Shown: positions 36,702-45,087 of the stretch, piece after piece
Layout of the letters: each line of letters starts with the position of its first letter
Numbering within the stretch: the first letter of the stretch is position 1
From: Sporolactobacillus sp.
GTDB taxonomy: Bacteria > Bacillota > Bacilli > Bacillales > Sporolactobacillaceae
Length of the DNA: 64,000 nt
Direction of reading: 5' to 3'
NCBI GenBank assembly: GCA_047722915.1
Contig: JBDNZQ010000011.1
Coordinates: 20,535-84,534 of the forward strand
Program-made: the position numbers and the translations under genes
The notes under the pieces: generated by a model
The model's database searches: none
What the model was told of the DNA's origin: nothing
The model's input: only the letters and a program-made list of their open reading frames with translations

Positions 36702-37664
36702 ATGCATGATGAGTCAAAGGCAATTCACGTGCACAGTGTCCACGGGCACGACCACAGTCACCATCACGGTGCCAATGCCAATCGTGGTGCTTTGCAACTC
36801 AGTTTCTTTTTAATTACTGCTTTTATGATTGTCGAGTTCATTGGGGGACTGATGACCGGCAGCTTGACGCTGCTGGGCGATTCCGGACACATGCTCAGCG
36901 ATTCGGTGTCGCTCGGACTCAGTTTTGCCGCAGTCGTTGTCGGGGCTAAAATTCAGGCGAACAGTTCAAAAACATTTGGATATCGCCGCTTTGAAATTCT
37001 CGCTGCGCTTTTCAACGGCGTGCTGCTTCTGCTGATTTCGGTCGCCGTTGTCGTTGGGGCACTGTTGCGATTTGGTCATCCCGCTCACGTTGCCGGTAAT
37101 GATATGCTCGTCATTGCAACTGTCGGACTGGTTGTTAATGTGACGGTCGCATTAATTTTAATGCGCGGCGAACATAAAGAAAATCTCAATATCCGCAGTG
37201 CGTTGCTTCATGTGATCGGTGACCTGCTTGGCTCGATCGGTGCAATTGTCGCTGCCCTGCTCATTACTTGGTTTGGTTTTGAATGGGCCGATCCGATGGC
37301 CAGCATCATCGTGTCACTCATGATTATGCACAGCGGTTGGCAAGTGACAGGTGAGTCAATCAGCATTCTCATGGAGGCAAGACCGCGTGACATTGATCTT
37401 GAAGAGATTCGCTCAGAATTGCTCGCTTTGCCCGGCGTGGCCGCTTTGCATGATCTGCACATCTGGACGATTACGTCAGGGTTCTTTTCAATCAGCTGCC
37501 ACATCATTGTGAATGAAGGAGCTGATCGTGATCAGCTCCTTACCAAGGCGGAAGCGTTGCTGAATGCCCATCATCTCGGTCATGCTACAATCCAAATGGA
37601 AGGCGTACATTTTACCGGTTGCACGAGCGATTGTACGCATGAGCGCAAACTGGTTTTGCATTGA
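36702..37664 (+). CDS. czcD: Cation diffusion facilitator (Zn/Co/Cd efflux), CzcD-like
   Basis: 320 aa with the His-rich N-terminus HVHSVHGHDHSHHHG, 6 TM segments and the motifs GHMLSDS and HVIGDLLGS. Confidence 0.85.
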   Translation: MHDESKAIHVHSVHGHDHSHHHGANANRGALQLSFFLITAFMIVEFIGGLMTGSLTLLGDSGHMLSDSVSLGLSFAAVVVGAKIQANSSKTFGYRRFEILAALFNGVLLLLISVAVVVGALLRFGHPAHVAGNDMLVIATVGLVVNVTVALILMRGEHKENLNIRSALLHVIGDLLGSIGAIVAALLITWFGFEWADPMASIIVSLMIMHSGWQVTGESISILMEARPRDIDLEEIRSELLALPGVAALHDLHIWTITSGFFSISCHIIVNEGADRDQLLTKAEALLNAHHLGHATIQMEGVHFTGCTSDCTHERKLVLH

Positions 37665-37887
37665 GAGAAAAAGACTTCGGCCATGAAGGACCCCGCCTTT
37701 TGACTGCGCGCAGCGAGTGAACCTGTTTTTAGGCGGCCGACTGTGTTTCGTGAATGCCGTATCGTTTCTTCGTTGATCTAAGTCTAAGTTCGGCGCTAAT
37801 CTGATAAGGAGTGGACTGACGCGGCAAATCATCTGATCGCGAACAGTTTGAACAGGACTGCGATCAATGGGTAAAACATATCACGCA

Positions 37888-37918
37888 GAAGAACCAAGCG
37901 CTTTTTGCTTGGTTCTTC
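37888..37918 (+). terminator. Hairpin downstream of czcD
   Basis: 12-bp perfect stem GAAGAACCAAGC/GCTTGGTTCTTC with a 7-nt loop, followed by TTCAAATC. Confidence 0.55.
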
Positions 37919-37933
37919 TTCAAATCATACATT

Positions 37934-38000
37934 CAGAAAGTATAAAAATTTCAGCGGAACTAAGTATAAGAAAAAACTCAGTCTTTCTCAAGGCATAAAA
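37934..38000 (+). repeat. M1 dispersed repeat, copy 7 (forward, 3' truncated)
   Basis: CAGAAAGTATAAAAATTTCAGCGGAACTAAGTATAAGAAAAAACTCAG... The terminal hairpin is missing. Confidence 0.7.
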
Positions 38001-38117
38001 GCGAATTGAGATTAAAAAAAAACCGGTTTGATCGACAGCACGTGGACAAGTCGCAAGTGCCGTGTCTGAGCAGACCAAACGAATTCACTGTATACCGGTC
38101 GCCGGCCTGCCATTCGC

Positions 38118-38459
38118 TCACAGAATCGGGTCGGCAGGTTTGGCAAGCGCAGCCAGAAAGTCACGAATCTCTTCCGGAGACTTGTTATCGGCACGCAAGT
38201 GAGCGATCTTTTCGCTCTTTTTAAAAGCAAGCAAGCTTGGAATGCCAAGTACATCGTAACGTTCTGCCAGCTTGGGCAGTTGATCGCGGTCGACTGCATA
38301 CCATTGAAACGGGAAGGCTTGAACAAGGTCGTCGACATATTGATTCAGCCGTTTGCAATCCGGGCACCATGATGTCTCGAATTTGACAATAATCGGTTCT
38401 GTTGTGGAGATCATTTTTTTAAACATGTCTTCGGTTTCAATCATTTTCATGTTTGTCAT
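38118..38459 (-). CDS. Thioredoxin-family protein
   Basis: 113 aa with active site WCPDC and GIPSLLAF. Confidence 0.75.
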   Translation of the reverse strand: MTNMKMIETEDMFKKMISTTEPIIVKFETSWCPDCKRLNQYVDDLVQAFPFQWYAVDRDQLPKLAERYDVLGIPSLLAFKKSEKIAHLRADNKSPEEIRDFLAALAKPADPIL

Positions 38460-38632
38460 CGCCCCCTGTCGTTTGTCCTTATCAATTCTTTTATCTATTC
38501 TAGCAGAATTTTCTGCCGTTGCACATGAAAGGGTGCTGATCGCGGTGCAGCGACTGCCGATGCTTCGACGTCGGCATGGCGCCGGCTTTTGTGCGATAAT
38601 AGTTTTATTAGGGAAGAAGGGCAGGGAAGCAA

Positions 38633-39279
38633 ATGGGCGTCGATGCGCTTTTAATTAGTGATATGAGCAATGGGTTTGTTGTAGTCTTAGTGTAGAGCGA
38701 AAGCGCGGGCAGGCGATTGTGCCGGCGATCACTCGGCTGGCCGATATATTTGAACAGGCAAGGGAGCTCGCTATTTTCTGCATGGGCGCCCATGAACGCG
38801 GCGATGCTCATTTTCAACTTTGGCCGTCCCACACAATGTGAAGGGGGGTCTGGGGTGCACAGCTTTGGGGCACTCTGTGTGACTGGTATCGCAATCACTT
38901 GGCCGATTCCAACGTATTATTTGTACCCAAGCAAGAATATGGCGCCTTCATTGGTACCAATCTCGATCAGATTCTGCAAGTTCATCATGGCTCGCGCTTG
39001 CATCTCACAAGGATTTGTATGGATATTTGTGATTTTCCGACGATCTACGGCGACTATTCGCGCGGATACAAGACGGCTGCTTATCGCCGGGCAACAAGAT
39101 ATTTTTTGAAGCATAGGGCTGCCATCTTCAAAACGCAAGTTGTGGATGACCGGCCACTGGAAAAGCTGAATCAAAAACTTTTTACACACTATAAGGTGAT
39201 ATACCGCAATCGAGTGCGGCCGAGCTGTCGGCTGAGGGGGCATTGCTGTAGTCGCCATGGCAGCTGTTTTTCAGCATAA
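38633..39279 (+). pseudogene. Isochorismatase/nicotinamidase-family cysteine hydrolase, disrupted
   Basis: The frame from ATG 38633 reads MGVDALLISDMSNGFV and stops at TAG 38693..38695. Homology continues in another frame (AIVPAITRLADIFEQARE...HERGDAHFQLWPSHTM). That frame is interrupted by TGA 38839..38841. It then reads GVWGAQLW...PKQEYGAFIGTNLDQIL...ICMDICDFPT...RGYK. Confidence 0.55.
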
Positions 39280-39324
39280 TAAAGGCAGTGCTTCGTGCCT
39301 GCGCCCATGCAGAGGATGATGATT

Positions 39325-39891
39325 ATGATGGCAAACGATGGTTTGACGGAAGTTAGGAAGAGTTCAAAAGAAATCTTTAAAGGGAAAGTCGTTGATATGT
39401 TCCTTGATGAGGTGAGTTTGCCAAACGGGGAGGAGGCGACACGAGAAGTTGTCCGGCATTGCGGCGCTGTCGCAGTGATAGCGGTTGATGCGGAGGGGCG
39501 GTTGTTGCTTGTGCGCCAGTACCGCTATCCGCTTGGCCGCATTATTTACGAAGTGCCGGCCGGTAAGCTTGAACCCGGTGAAGCGCCTGACGCTGCCGCC
39601 GCACGTGAACTGGAGGAGGAGACAGGTTGTCGTTGCCGTAAGCTTGAACAAATAGCCTCTTTTTATACGACACCGGGTTTTTCAGATGAAATCATTCATT
39701 TGTATTACACCGATTCAATACTTGCCGGCAGTCAGCATCTGGATGCCGATGAGTTCTTGGAAGTGCACGCTGTACCCATGGAGAAGGCGCTGGTGATGAT
39801 GGGGGACGGGCGCATTGCTGACGTTAAGTCTATGTACGCCGTGCAGTGCCTGCAGCTTCGTCGGTTAAATGCCGAATTAGAAAAAAGATAA
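39325..39891 (+). CDS. nudF: ADP-ribose pyrophosphatase (Nudix)
   Basis: Nudix box GKLEPGEAPDAAAARELEEETG. It aligns with B. subtilis NudF from MANDGLTEVRKSSKEIFKGKVV. The track ORF starts at 39295. Confidence 0.85.
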   Translation: MMANDGLTEVRKSSKEIFKGKVVDMFLDEVSLPNGEEATREVVRHCGAVAVIAVDAEGRLLLVRQYRYPLGRIIYEVPAGKLEPGEAPDAAAARELEEETGCRCRKLEQIASFYTTPGFSDEIIHLYYTDSILAGSQHLDADEFLEVHAVPMEKALVMMGDGRIADVKSMYAVQCLQLRRLNAELEKR

Positions 39892-39928
39892 ATCGTTTAT
39901 TTGCAGATCAGGGTAGTCCGGCAGTCTC

Positions 39929-40105
39929 GGAAAATTTCAGCCGATTAGAGGCAGGGGGCACGCCGGCGCCTGCGGGAGAAGCGTGCCGAGCGAGACCCCG
40001 CAGGGCATCACTTGTCTGAGGAGGCTTGCAATGCGCCCGCGGCAAGCGAGCAATCGGAGCACTGTTGCTTTAAAGAATCGGGCACTTTTGTTCGGTTTTT
40101 CTAAC
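39929..40105 (+). repeat. M2 GC-rich repeat module (with a short M1-like 5' piece)
   Basis: GGAAAATTTCAGCCG resembles the M1 core. The rest is ...GCGCCTGCGGGAGAAGCGTGCCGAGCGAGACCCCGCAGGGC...TCTGAGGAGGCTTGCAATGCGCCCGCGGCAAGCGAGCAATCGGAGCACTGTTGCTTTAAAGAATCGGGCACTTTTGTTCGGTTTTTCTAAC. This aligns with 56430..56579. Confidence 0.7.
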
Positions 40106-40185
40106 AAGATGTGAAAAAAGAATAGGGAGCGGCGCTGCTCTAGCTGTCATAGTCGTTCGGGACAATCCATAGAGTAATTAATAGA

Positions 40186-40851
40186 TTGTTCGACAGACTT
40201 AAAGAGCGGGGAGTGCTGGCCGTGAAAGAAAAAATGAATGTCGTGTTTATGCGACATTTAACGGAATATCGTTCACTATACGTTTTTGTGACGGCACTAT
40301 TTTTAATGGGCATCATTTTTGGCGCAGTTGTTGTCAATGGTTTACCTTATGGCACGCGAAGCAGCCTGCTTCAATATATGGAAAACTTTTTGAGCGATTT
40401 GGCGGGCGGACGTGTGGCTGATCCGCCAGTTCTTTTGCAAGAGGGGATTGGCAATAATATTCAATACGCCGGATTGATTTGGCTGCTTGGTCTGTCGGTC
40501 ATCGGATTGCCACTGCTCTTCGTCCTCATTTTCGTGCGGGGATTATTTCTTGGTTTCACTATTGGTTTTCTACTAAGCGAAATGGGCATGAAAGGTCTCG
40601 GCATTGCCATTGTCGGCGTTTTTCCGCAAAATTTGCTCGTCATTCCCGCCGATATATTTTTGACGGTCGCTGCTGTCTCGTGTTCATTGAAAATCATTCG
40701 CCGTCTCATTGTAAAAATTAGCCGCGATCCGCTGTTACCTCAAGGTATCAGCTATGCCGGAGTGTTGCTGGCTGTCACGGCTCTGCAAACACTGGCCTGT
40801 GTGTTTGAAGCGTACGTGTCACCTGCACTTGTTCACGTGCTTGTTCAATGA
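40186..40851 (+). CDS. spoIIM: Stage II sporulation protein M
   Basis: Polytopic membrane protein (LYVFVTALFLMGIIFGAVVVN...). It is syntenic with B. subtilis spoIIM-fur. The start is uncertain: a GTG at 40222 or the ATG near 40234 are also possible. Confidence 0.8.
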   Translation: MFDRLKERGVLAVKEKMNVVFMRHLTEYRSLYVFVTALFLMGIIFGAVVVNGLPYGTRSSLLQYMENFLSDLAGGRVADPPVLLQEGIGNNIQYAGLIWLLGLSVIGLPLLFVLIFVRGLFLGFTIGFLLSEMGMKGLGIAIVGVFPQNLLVIPADIFLTVAAVSCSLKIIRRLIVKISRDPLLPQGISYAGVLLAVTALQTLACVFEAYVSPALVHVLVQ

Positions 40852-40989
40852 CGGGACGGGGACATATTATGCAGAAGAAGAGGCGTTAGCCTGCTTGGGC
40901 TAATCTGGGCCGGTGGATGCAGGCAGCAGTTTGACGACTGTCAATTGATAAATAAAATAATTATAAAATGACAGTTATTATTTTTATCG

Positions 40990-41018
40990 TTGACGCTCTT
41001 TTCAGCAAGGTTTATAAT
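40990..41018 (+). promoter_or_regulatory. Sigma-A type promoter of fur, preceded by an AT-rich Fur/PerR-like box
   Basis: TTGACG (40990..40995), a 17-nt spacer, then TATAAT (41013..41018). ATAAAATAATTATAA at 40952..40966 matches the PerR box TTATAATNATTATAA at 12 of 14 defined positions. Confidence 0.5.
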
Positions 41019-41080
41019 GTAAAAGAAATGCATACGACTGTTTGTTAAGGATGGTTGCTTTACTGCGGGAGGGAACGCAC

Positions 41081-41587
41081 GTGGAAGAGGGCCGCATTAA
41101 TCGGATAAAAAAGCAACTGCATGCGCAAAAATATAAGCTGACGCCTCAACGGGAAGCGACCGTACGCGTTTTACTTGAGAATGAGCAAGATCATCTCAGC
41201 GCTGAAGATGTCTACCTTCTCGTTAAAGAAAAATCTCCGGAAATCGGCTTAGCCACCGTTTACCGAACGCTGGAATTACTGTCGGAATTAAAGGTTGTCG
41301 ATAAAATAAATTTTGGCGACGGTGTCTATCGTTATGATTTACGCCGTGAAGGGGCGAATCATTTTCATCACCATCTTGTGTGCATTGAATGCGGGGCGGT
41401 CGATGAAATTCAGGAAGATTTGCTCGGCGATGTTGAGAAAGTTGTTGAGCAACGCTGGCATTTTAAAGTGAAGGACCATCGTTTGACGTTTCACGGCATT
41501 TGTCATCGATGCCAAGAAAAACATGAAGAGGAGCAGCGGCAGCTGTCGGAGCGGAATTTAGTAAAGTCCGGTATGAATCAGGCGTAA
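41081..41587 (+). CDS. fur: Ferric uptake regulator
   Basis: I prefer the GTG at 41081 after RBS GGGAGGGA. It is near-identical in long stretches to B. subtilis Fur (KLTPQREATVRVLLENE.DHLSAEDVYLLVKEKSPEIGLATVYRTLELL.ELKVVDKINFGDG) and has HHHL.C..CG and HGICHRC. Confidence 0.9.
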   Translation: MEEGRINRIKKQLHAQKYKLTPQREATVRVLLENEQDHLSAEDVYLLVKEKSPEIGLATVYRTLELLSELKVVDKINFGDGVYRYDLRREGANHFHHHLVCIECGAVDEIQEDLLGDVEKVVEQRWHFKVKDHRLTFHGICHRCQEKHEEEQRQLSERNLVKSGMNQA

Positions 41588-41669
41588 AAAACGAATGACA
41601 GGCTGTTTGATAATGAGGTCATATTTTGTTTGAACAGTAGCCGTCTGTTCTTGTGAAAGCTCCGGTTTA

Positions 41670-41755
41670 TCTGAGAAGGGGCACAACGTTCGCGACAAGC
41701 GCGCTGGAGCACTAGACTGTAAAGAACCGGGCGATTTTTGCCCGGCTTTTCTAGT
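41670..41755 (+). repeat. M2 repeat module, 3' part only, acting as the fur terminator
   Basis: TCTGAGAAGGGGCACAACGTTCGCGACAAGCGCGCTGGAGCACTAGACTGTAAAGAACCGGGCgatttttGCCCGGCTTTTCTAGT. Terminal hairpin CCGGGC/GCCCGG plus a T-run. Confidence 0.7.
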
Positions 41756-41853
41756 ACGTTAAGAAAGTATAAAGACACCAGAAGAATCAAGGATAAGAAA
41801 AGCTAAGCCTCTGCCCTTGAACAAAGACTGGCAATGCGTCCTATTATTCTCTA
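41756..41853 (+). repeat. M1 dispersed repeat, copy 8 (forward, degenerate 3' end), directly behind M2
   Basis: ACGTTAAGAAAGTATAAAGACACCAGAAGAATCAAGGATAAGAAAAGCTAAGCCTCTGCC...GACTGGCAATGCGTCC... Confidence 0.75.
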
Positions 41854-42130
41854 GGTGGTTGCACTTAGAGTGTACATTCAAGAAGGTAAGATAAAACAAA
41901 CGCTAAATGGTATTGCAAAACGTTGGCTTTGCCCCATTTGACTGATTTGAAGGGTAAACAGCCGTTGACGGAGCATGCTGAAATAGAGAAAGTTCAAGGC
42001 ATGCAGCATCAGCTTCCGGCGCCATGTGAGCGGAAACAGCAGCATATTTGCCGGCGATCTGTCGTATATGTGCATGGACGGTAACTGTTTTTTTGTTGCT
42101 GCAGACGTGGCGTTAGGGGGGGAAGGAGCA

Positions 42131-42367
42131 ATGAGGACAGCGGCCGGACGCGCAGTGGATGCGCTGAAATTTGTCGCAATTTTTGCGGGACTGATGCTAT
42201 TCTTTTACGAAGCCATGCTTTGGCTTGATCGCTTTGATGTGTATTCGCACCGCTACGATAACCCGGGTAGCGATGCAGTGCAGGTCTTTCAAACGGGTGA
42301 TGCAGAGCATCAACTCGGCCACGGATTAACCCGGCGCTTTCTTGAATTTATTAGAGACGGAGAGTAA
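42131..42367 (+). CDS. Small membrane protein, YqkK-like by position
   Basis: I prefer the ATG at 42131 after RBS GGGGGGGAAGGAG. 78 aa with one TM segment (FVAIFAGLMLFFYEAMLWL). It lies between fur and xerD, as yqkK does in B. subtilis. Confidence 0.5.
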   Translation: MRTAAGRAVDALKFVAIFAGLMLFFYEAMLWLDRFDVYSHRYDNPGSDAVQVFQTGDAEHQLGHGLTRRFLEFIRDGE

Positions 42368-42369
42368 AG

Positions 42370-43260
42370 ATGACGGAGCCAGACGTCCAGCTTACTGATT
42401 TTCTTGAATACGCAGCTTGCGAGCGGCATTTGACAGCCAACACGCTGAGCGCCTATCGCAGTGACTTGCTGCAATATGCCGGGTTTGCCTTTCAGCAGCG
42501 ACAGTGTACCGCTTGGCCGGACGTGGATGAGTTGGTTGTGCGCAAGTATGTGTTGTGGCTAAAAGAAAATGGCAATGCACTGTCAACGGTGGCGAGAAAA
42601 GTGGCAGCCATCCGAGGATTTCACCGTTTTTTAGTCATGCACCGTGGGTTTGCAAGTGATCCCACCTATGCGCTCGAATTACCGCGCCCGCCGCTGCGTC
42701 CGTTGCCGTTATTGACACTTTCGCAAGTCCAACAGCTGCTTGAGGCGCCTGATAGTGAAACAGCTGTCGGCCGGCGTGACCGCGCTGTTTTGGAACTGCT
42801 GTATGCTTCGGGCATTCAAATCAGTGAATTAATTGCTTTGAACTATGAGGACGTGCATCTCGATCTGTGTGCTATTCATTGCGGGGCGGTCAAAAGGAAC
42901 GAACGTGTCGTGCCTTTTGGTCATTATGCCCGGCAGGCGTTAGCCACTTATATGGAACGGGATAAGCGGACTTATGAAAAATCAGGTGCGGTGCCGCTGT
43001 TCATTAACGGGCGCGGAGGACGTTTCAGCCGTCAAGGCATTTGGAAAACTTTGAAACAGTATGGGGTAGTGCTTGGCATCAGCCAGTTATTCTCACCGGA
43101 GACATTGCGACAGTCGCTGGCGGTACATCTGCTTGAAAATGGAGCAGACCTCCAATCGGTCGACACACTCCTGGGCCGTAAAAGCGTACTGCATGCCCGA
43201 CAGGTGACGGCTCATTTGCCATTGAACACATTTTATCATCGCTATCATCCCCGTGCTTAA
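42370..43260 (+). CDS. xerD: XerD-like tyrosine recombinase homologue with a degenerate active site
   Basis: 296 aa, colinear with B. subtilis RipX/XerD from the N-terminal core-binding domain to the C-terminal HPRA. It reads GIQISEL instead of G.RVSEL, PETLRQS instead of PHTLRHS, LLGR instead of LLGH, and QVTAHL instead of QIYTHV. Confidence 0.85.
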   Translation: MTEPDVQLTDFLEYAACERHLTANTLSAYRSDLLQYAGFAFQQRQCTAWPDVDELVVRKYVLWLKENGNALSTVARKVAAIRGFHRFLVMHRGFASDPTYALELPRPPLRPLPLLTLSQVQQLLEAPDSETAVGRRDRAVLELLYASGIQISELIALNYEDVHLDLCAIHCGAVKRNERVVPFGHYARQALATYMERDKRTYEKSGAVPLFINGRGGRFSRQGIWKTLKQYGVVLGISQLFSPETLRQSLAVHLLENGADLQSVDTLLGRKSVLHARQVTAHLPLNTFYHRYHPRA

Positions 43261-43298
43261 TACAGGTTAAAATCTACTGAAAGTGGGATAGATTAAAA

Positions 43299-44114
43299 AT
43301 GAAAATAAAAAGGTTGGACAGCGTGCTTCGTGTGATTGGCGATTTGCCAGGTGAGCGGCCGCGAATTGCTTTGATCCTCGGTTCGGGACTCGGAGATATA
43401 GCCGATGGCGTGAACGTGAAGCGCGTGATTGATTACCGCGATTTGCCTGAATTTCCGGTACCGACAGCCGAAGGTCATAAGGGGCGCTTTGTGATCGGTG
43501 AACTGGGAAACCAACCGGTTATTGTTATGCAGGGACGCTACCATTATTATGAAGGGTATTCGCTTGAGCAAATTGTTCTTCCGGTACAAGTCATGCATGC
43601 GCTCGGTGCAAACACGCTAATTGTGACGAATGCGGCCGGTGCGGTCAATCGCTCCTTTGCTCCCGGTGACTTCATGCTGATTAACGATCATATTAACATG
43701 CTCGGCCGCAGTCCGCTCATCGGCCCGAACGATGAGGCCATCGGACCGCGTTTTCCCGATATGACGGCAGCCTATGATCGTGAACTGATTGCGCTGGCAC
43801 GCCGCGTGTCCACTGAACTTGGCATGCGCCTGCGGGAGGGTGTCTATCTGGCAACTCCCGGCCCTCAGTATGAAACACCCGCCGAAGTGCGGATGATACG
43901 TACACTTGGCGCCGATGCTGTCGGGATGTCGACCGTTCCTGAAGTGATTGCAGCCCGGCATGCAGGTATGCGGGTGCTTGGTTTGTCATGTCTGACGAAC
44001 ATGGGAGCCGGTATGGTGTCCACCCCGCTTTCCCACCAGGAAGTCATTGAAACCGGACAGCGCGTTCAAGTGCAGTTTGCCGCGCTGATCCGCCGGCTTG
44101 TTGCCGAACTGTAA
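43299..44114 (+). CDS. punA: Purine nucleoside phosphorylase (PunA/PupG, trimeric type)
   Basis: 271 aa containing ILGSGLG, HKGRFVIGELG and VGMSTVPEVIAARH. Confidence 0.9.
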   Translation: MKIKRLDSVLRVIGDLPGERPRIALILGSGLGDIADGVNVKRVIDYRDLPEFPVPTAEGHKGRFVIGELGNQPVIVMQGRYHYYEGYSLEQIVLPVQVMHALGANTLIVTNAAGAVNRSFAPGDFMLINDHINMLGRSPLIGPNDEAIGPRFPDMTAAYDRELIALARRVSTELGMRLREGVYLATPGPQYETPAEVRMIRTLGADAVGMSTVPEVIAARHAGMRVLGLSCLTNMGAGMVSTPLSHQEVIETGQRVQVQFAALIRRLVAEL

Positions 44115-44265
44115 CAGACGGGGTGCGGCAAACTGTCGTTATAAGTTCTCCCGACAGTTTGCCGCCTTGAGCCGCCTTTGTCCATTGAATGAAGCTGCTG
44201 CAAGTGATATAACAAGCACAAAAATCGAATTTTACAATAATTTTGAGTTTCGAATTATTTTTTGA

Positions 44266-44715
44266 ATGGAAAGAGGGATTCATTTGATTATCAGACCTAT
44301 GCAAATAGAAGATTATAATGCTGTATACACTTTGTGGTCTACTACTACTGGAATGGGAATGCGCAGCTTAGATGATTCATTAGAGGGTATTACAAGACTT
44401 TTGGTTCGAAATCCTAATACATGCTTTGTAGCGGAACTCGACAATCAAATAATAGGCGTGATATTATGCGGACAAGATGGAAGAAGAGGTTATATTTATC
44501 ATACAGCTGTAAAGTCCGATCATAGAAACAATGGGATAGGCAAGACCTTAGTGGACGCTGCACTTGAGGCATTAAAAAGGGAAAAAATCAATAAAGTTGC
44601 ACTTGTTGTCTTTACAACTAATCGTTTGGGAAATGAATTTTGGAAACACATCGGCTTTGATATGCGAGAGGATTTGGTTTATAGAAATATTAGTCTGAAT
44701 GCCCAAAATACATAA
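44266..44715 (+). CDS. GNAT family N-acetyltransferase
   Basis: Acetyl-CoA motif HRNNGIGKTLVDAAL. AT-rich relative to its neighbours. The TTG at 44281 after RBS AGAGGGA is a likelier start than the ATG at 44266. Confidence 0.75.
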   Translation: MERGIHLIIRPMQIEDYNAVYTLWSTTTGMGMRSLDDSLEGITRLLVRNPNTCFVAELDNQIIGVILCGQDGRRGYIYHTAVKSDHRNNGIGKTLVDAALEALKREKINKVALVVFTTNRLGNEFWKHIGFDMREDLVYRNISLNAQNT

Positions 44716-45087
44716 TTGCCTCAGTATGAGCGCAATGTAAAACTGCCGCACCTGATATACAGGGCGGCGGTTTCACATTTCCATCTGTTGGCTTATTTGT
44801 TTGTTCTCTTATGGAATCTGCCCATTATACGCTGCTTTATCCCGGTTAACGTTCGGCTGAATCACGCGGTGAGAAGCAATGCTTTATCGGCATGAGCGGC
44901 GATAGAAAGCGGATGGATCTCTCTGCGTTCAAGGGCAGGCACAGCACCCGCCACTCGGAAAGCAGCAACCAGGCTACTGCTGTTAATAATTCTTAAAGAT
45001 TGTAAAGATATGGTATGAAAGGCTTACGAGTGGCCCAAGGTCGTGTATACTTTTTTCTGTTCAGTGTGCGCGCAAAGGAGAAGCTTC

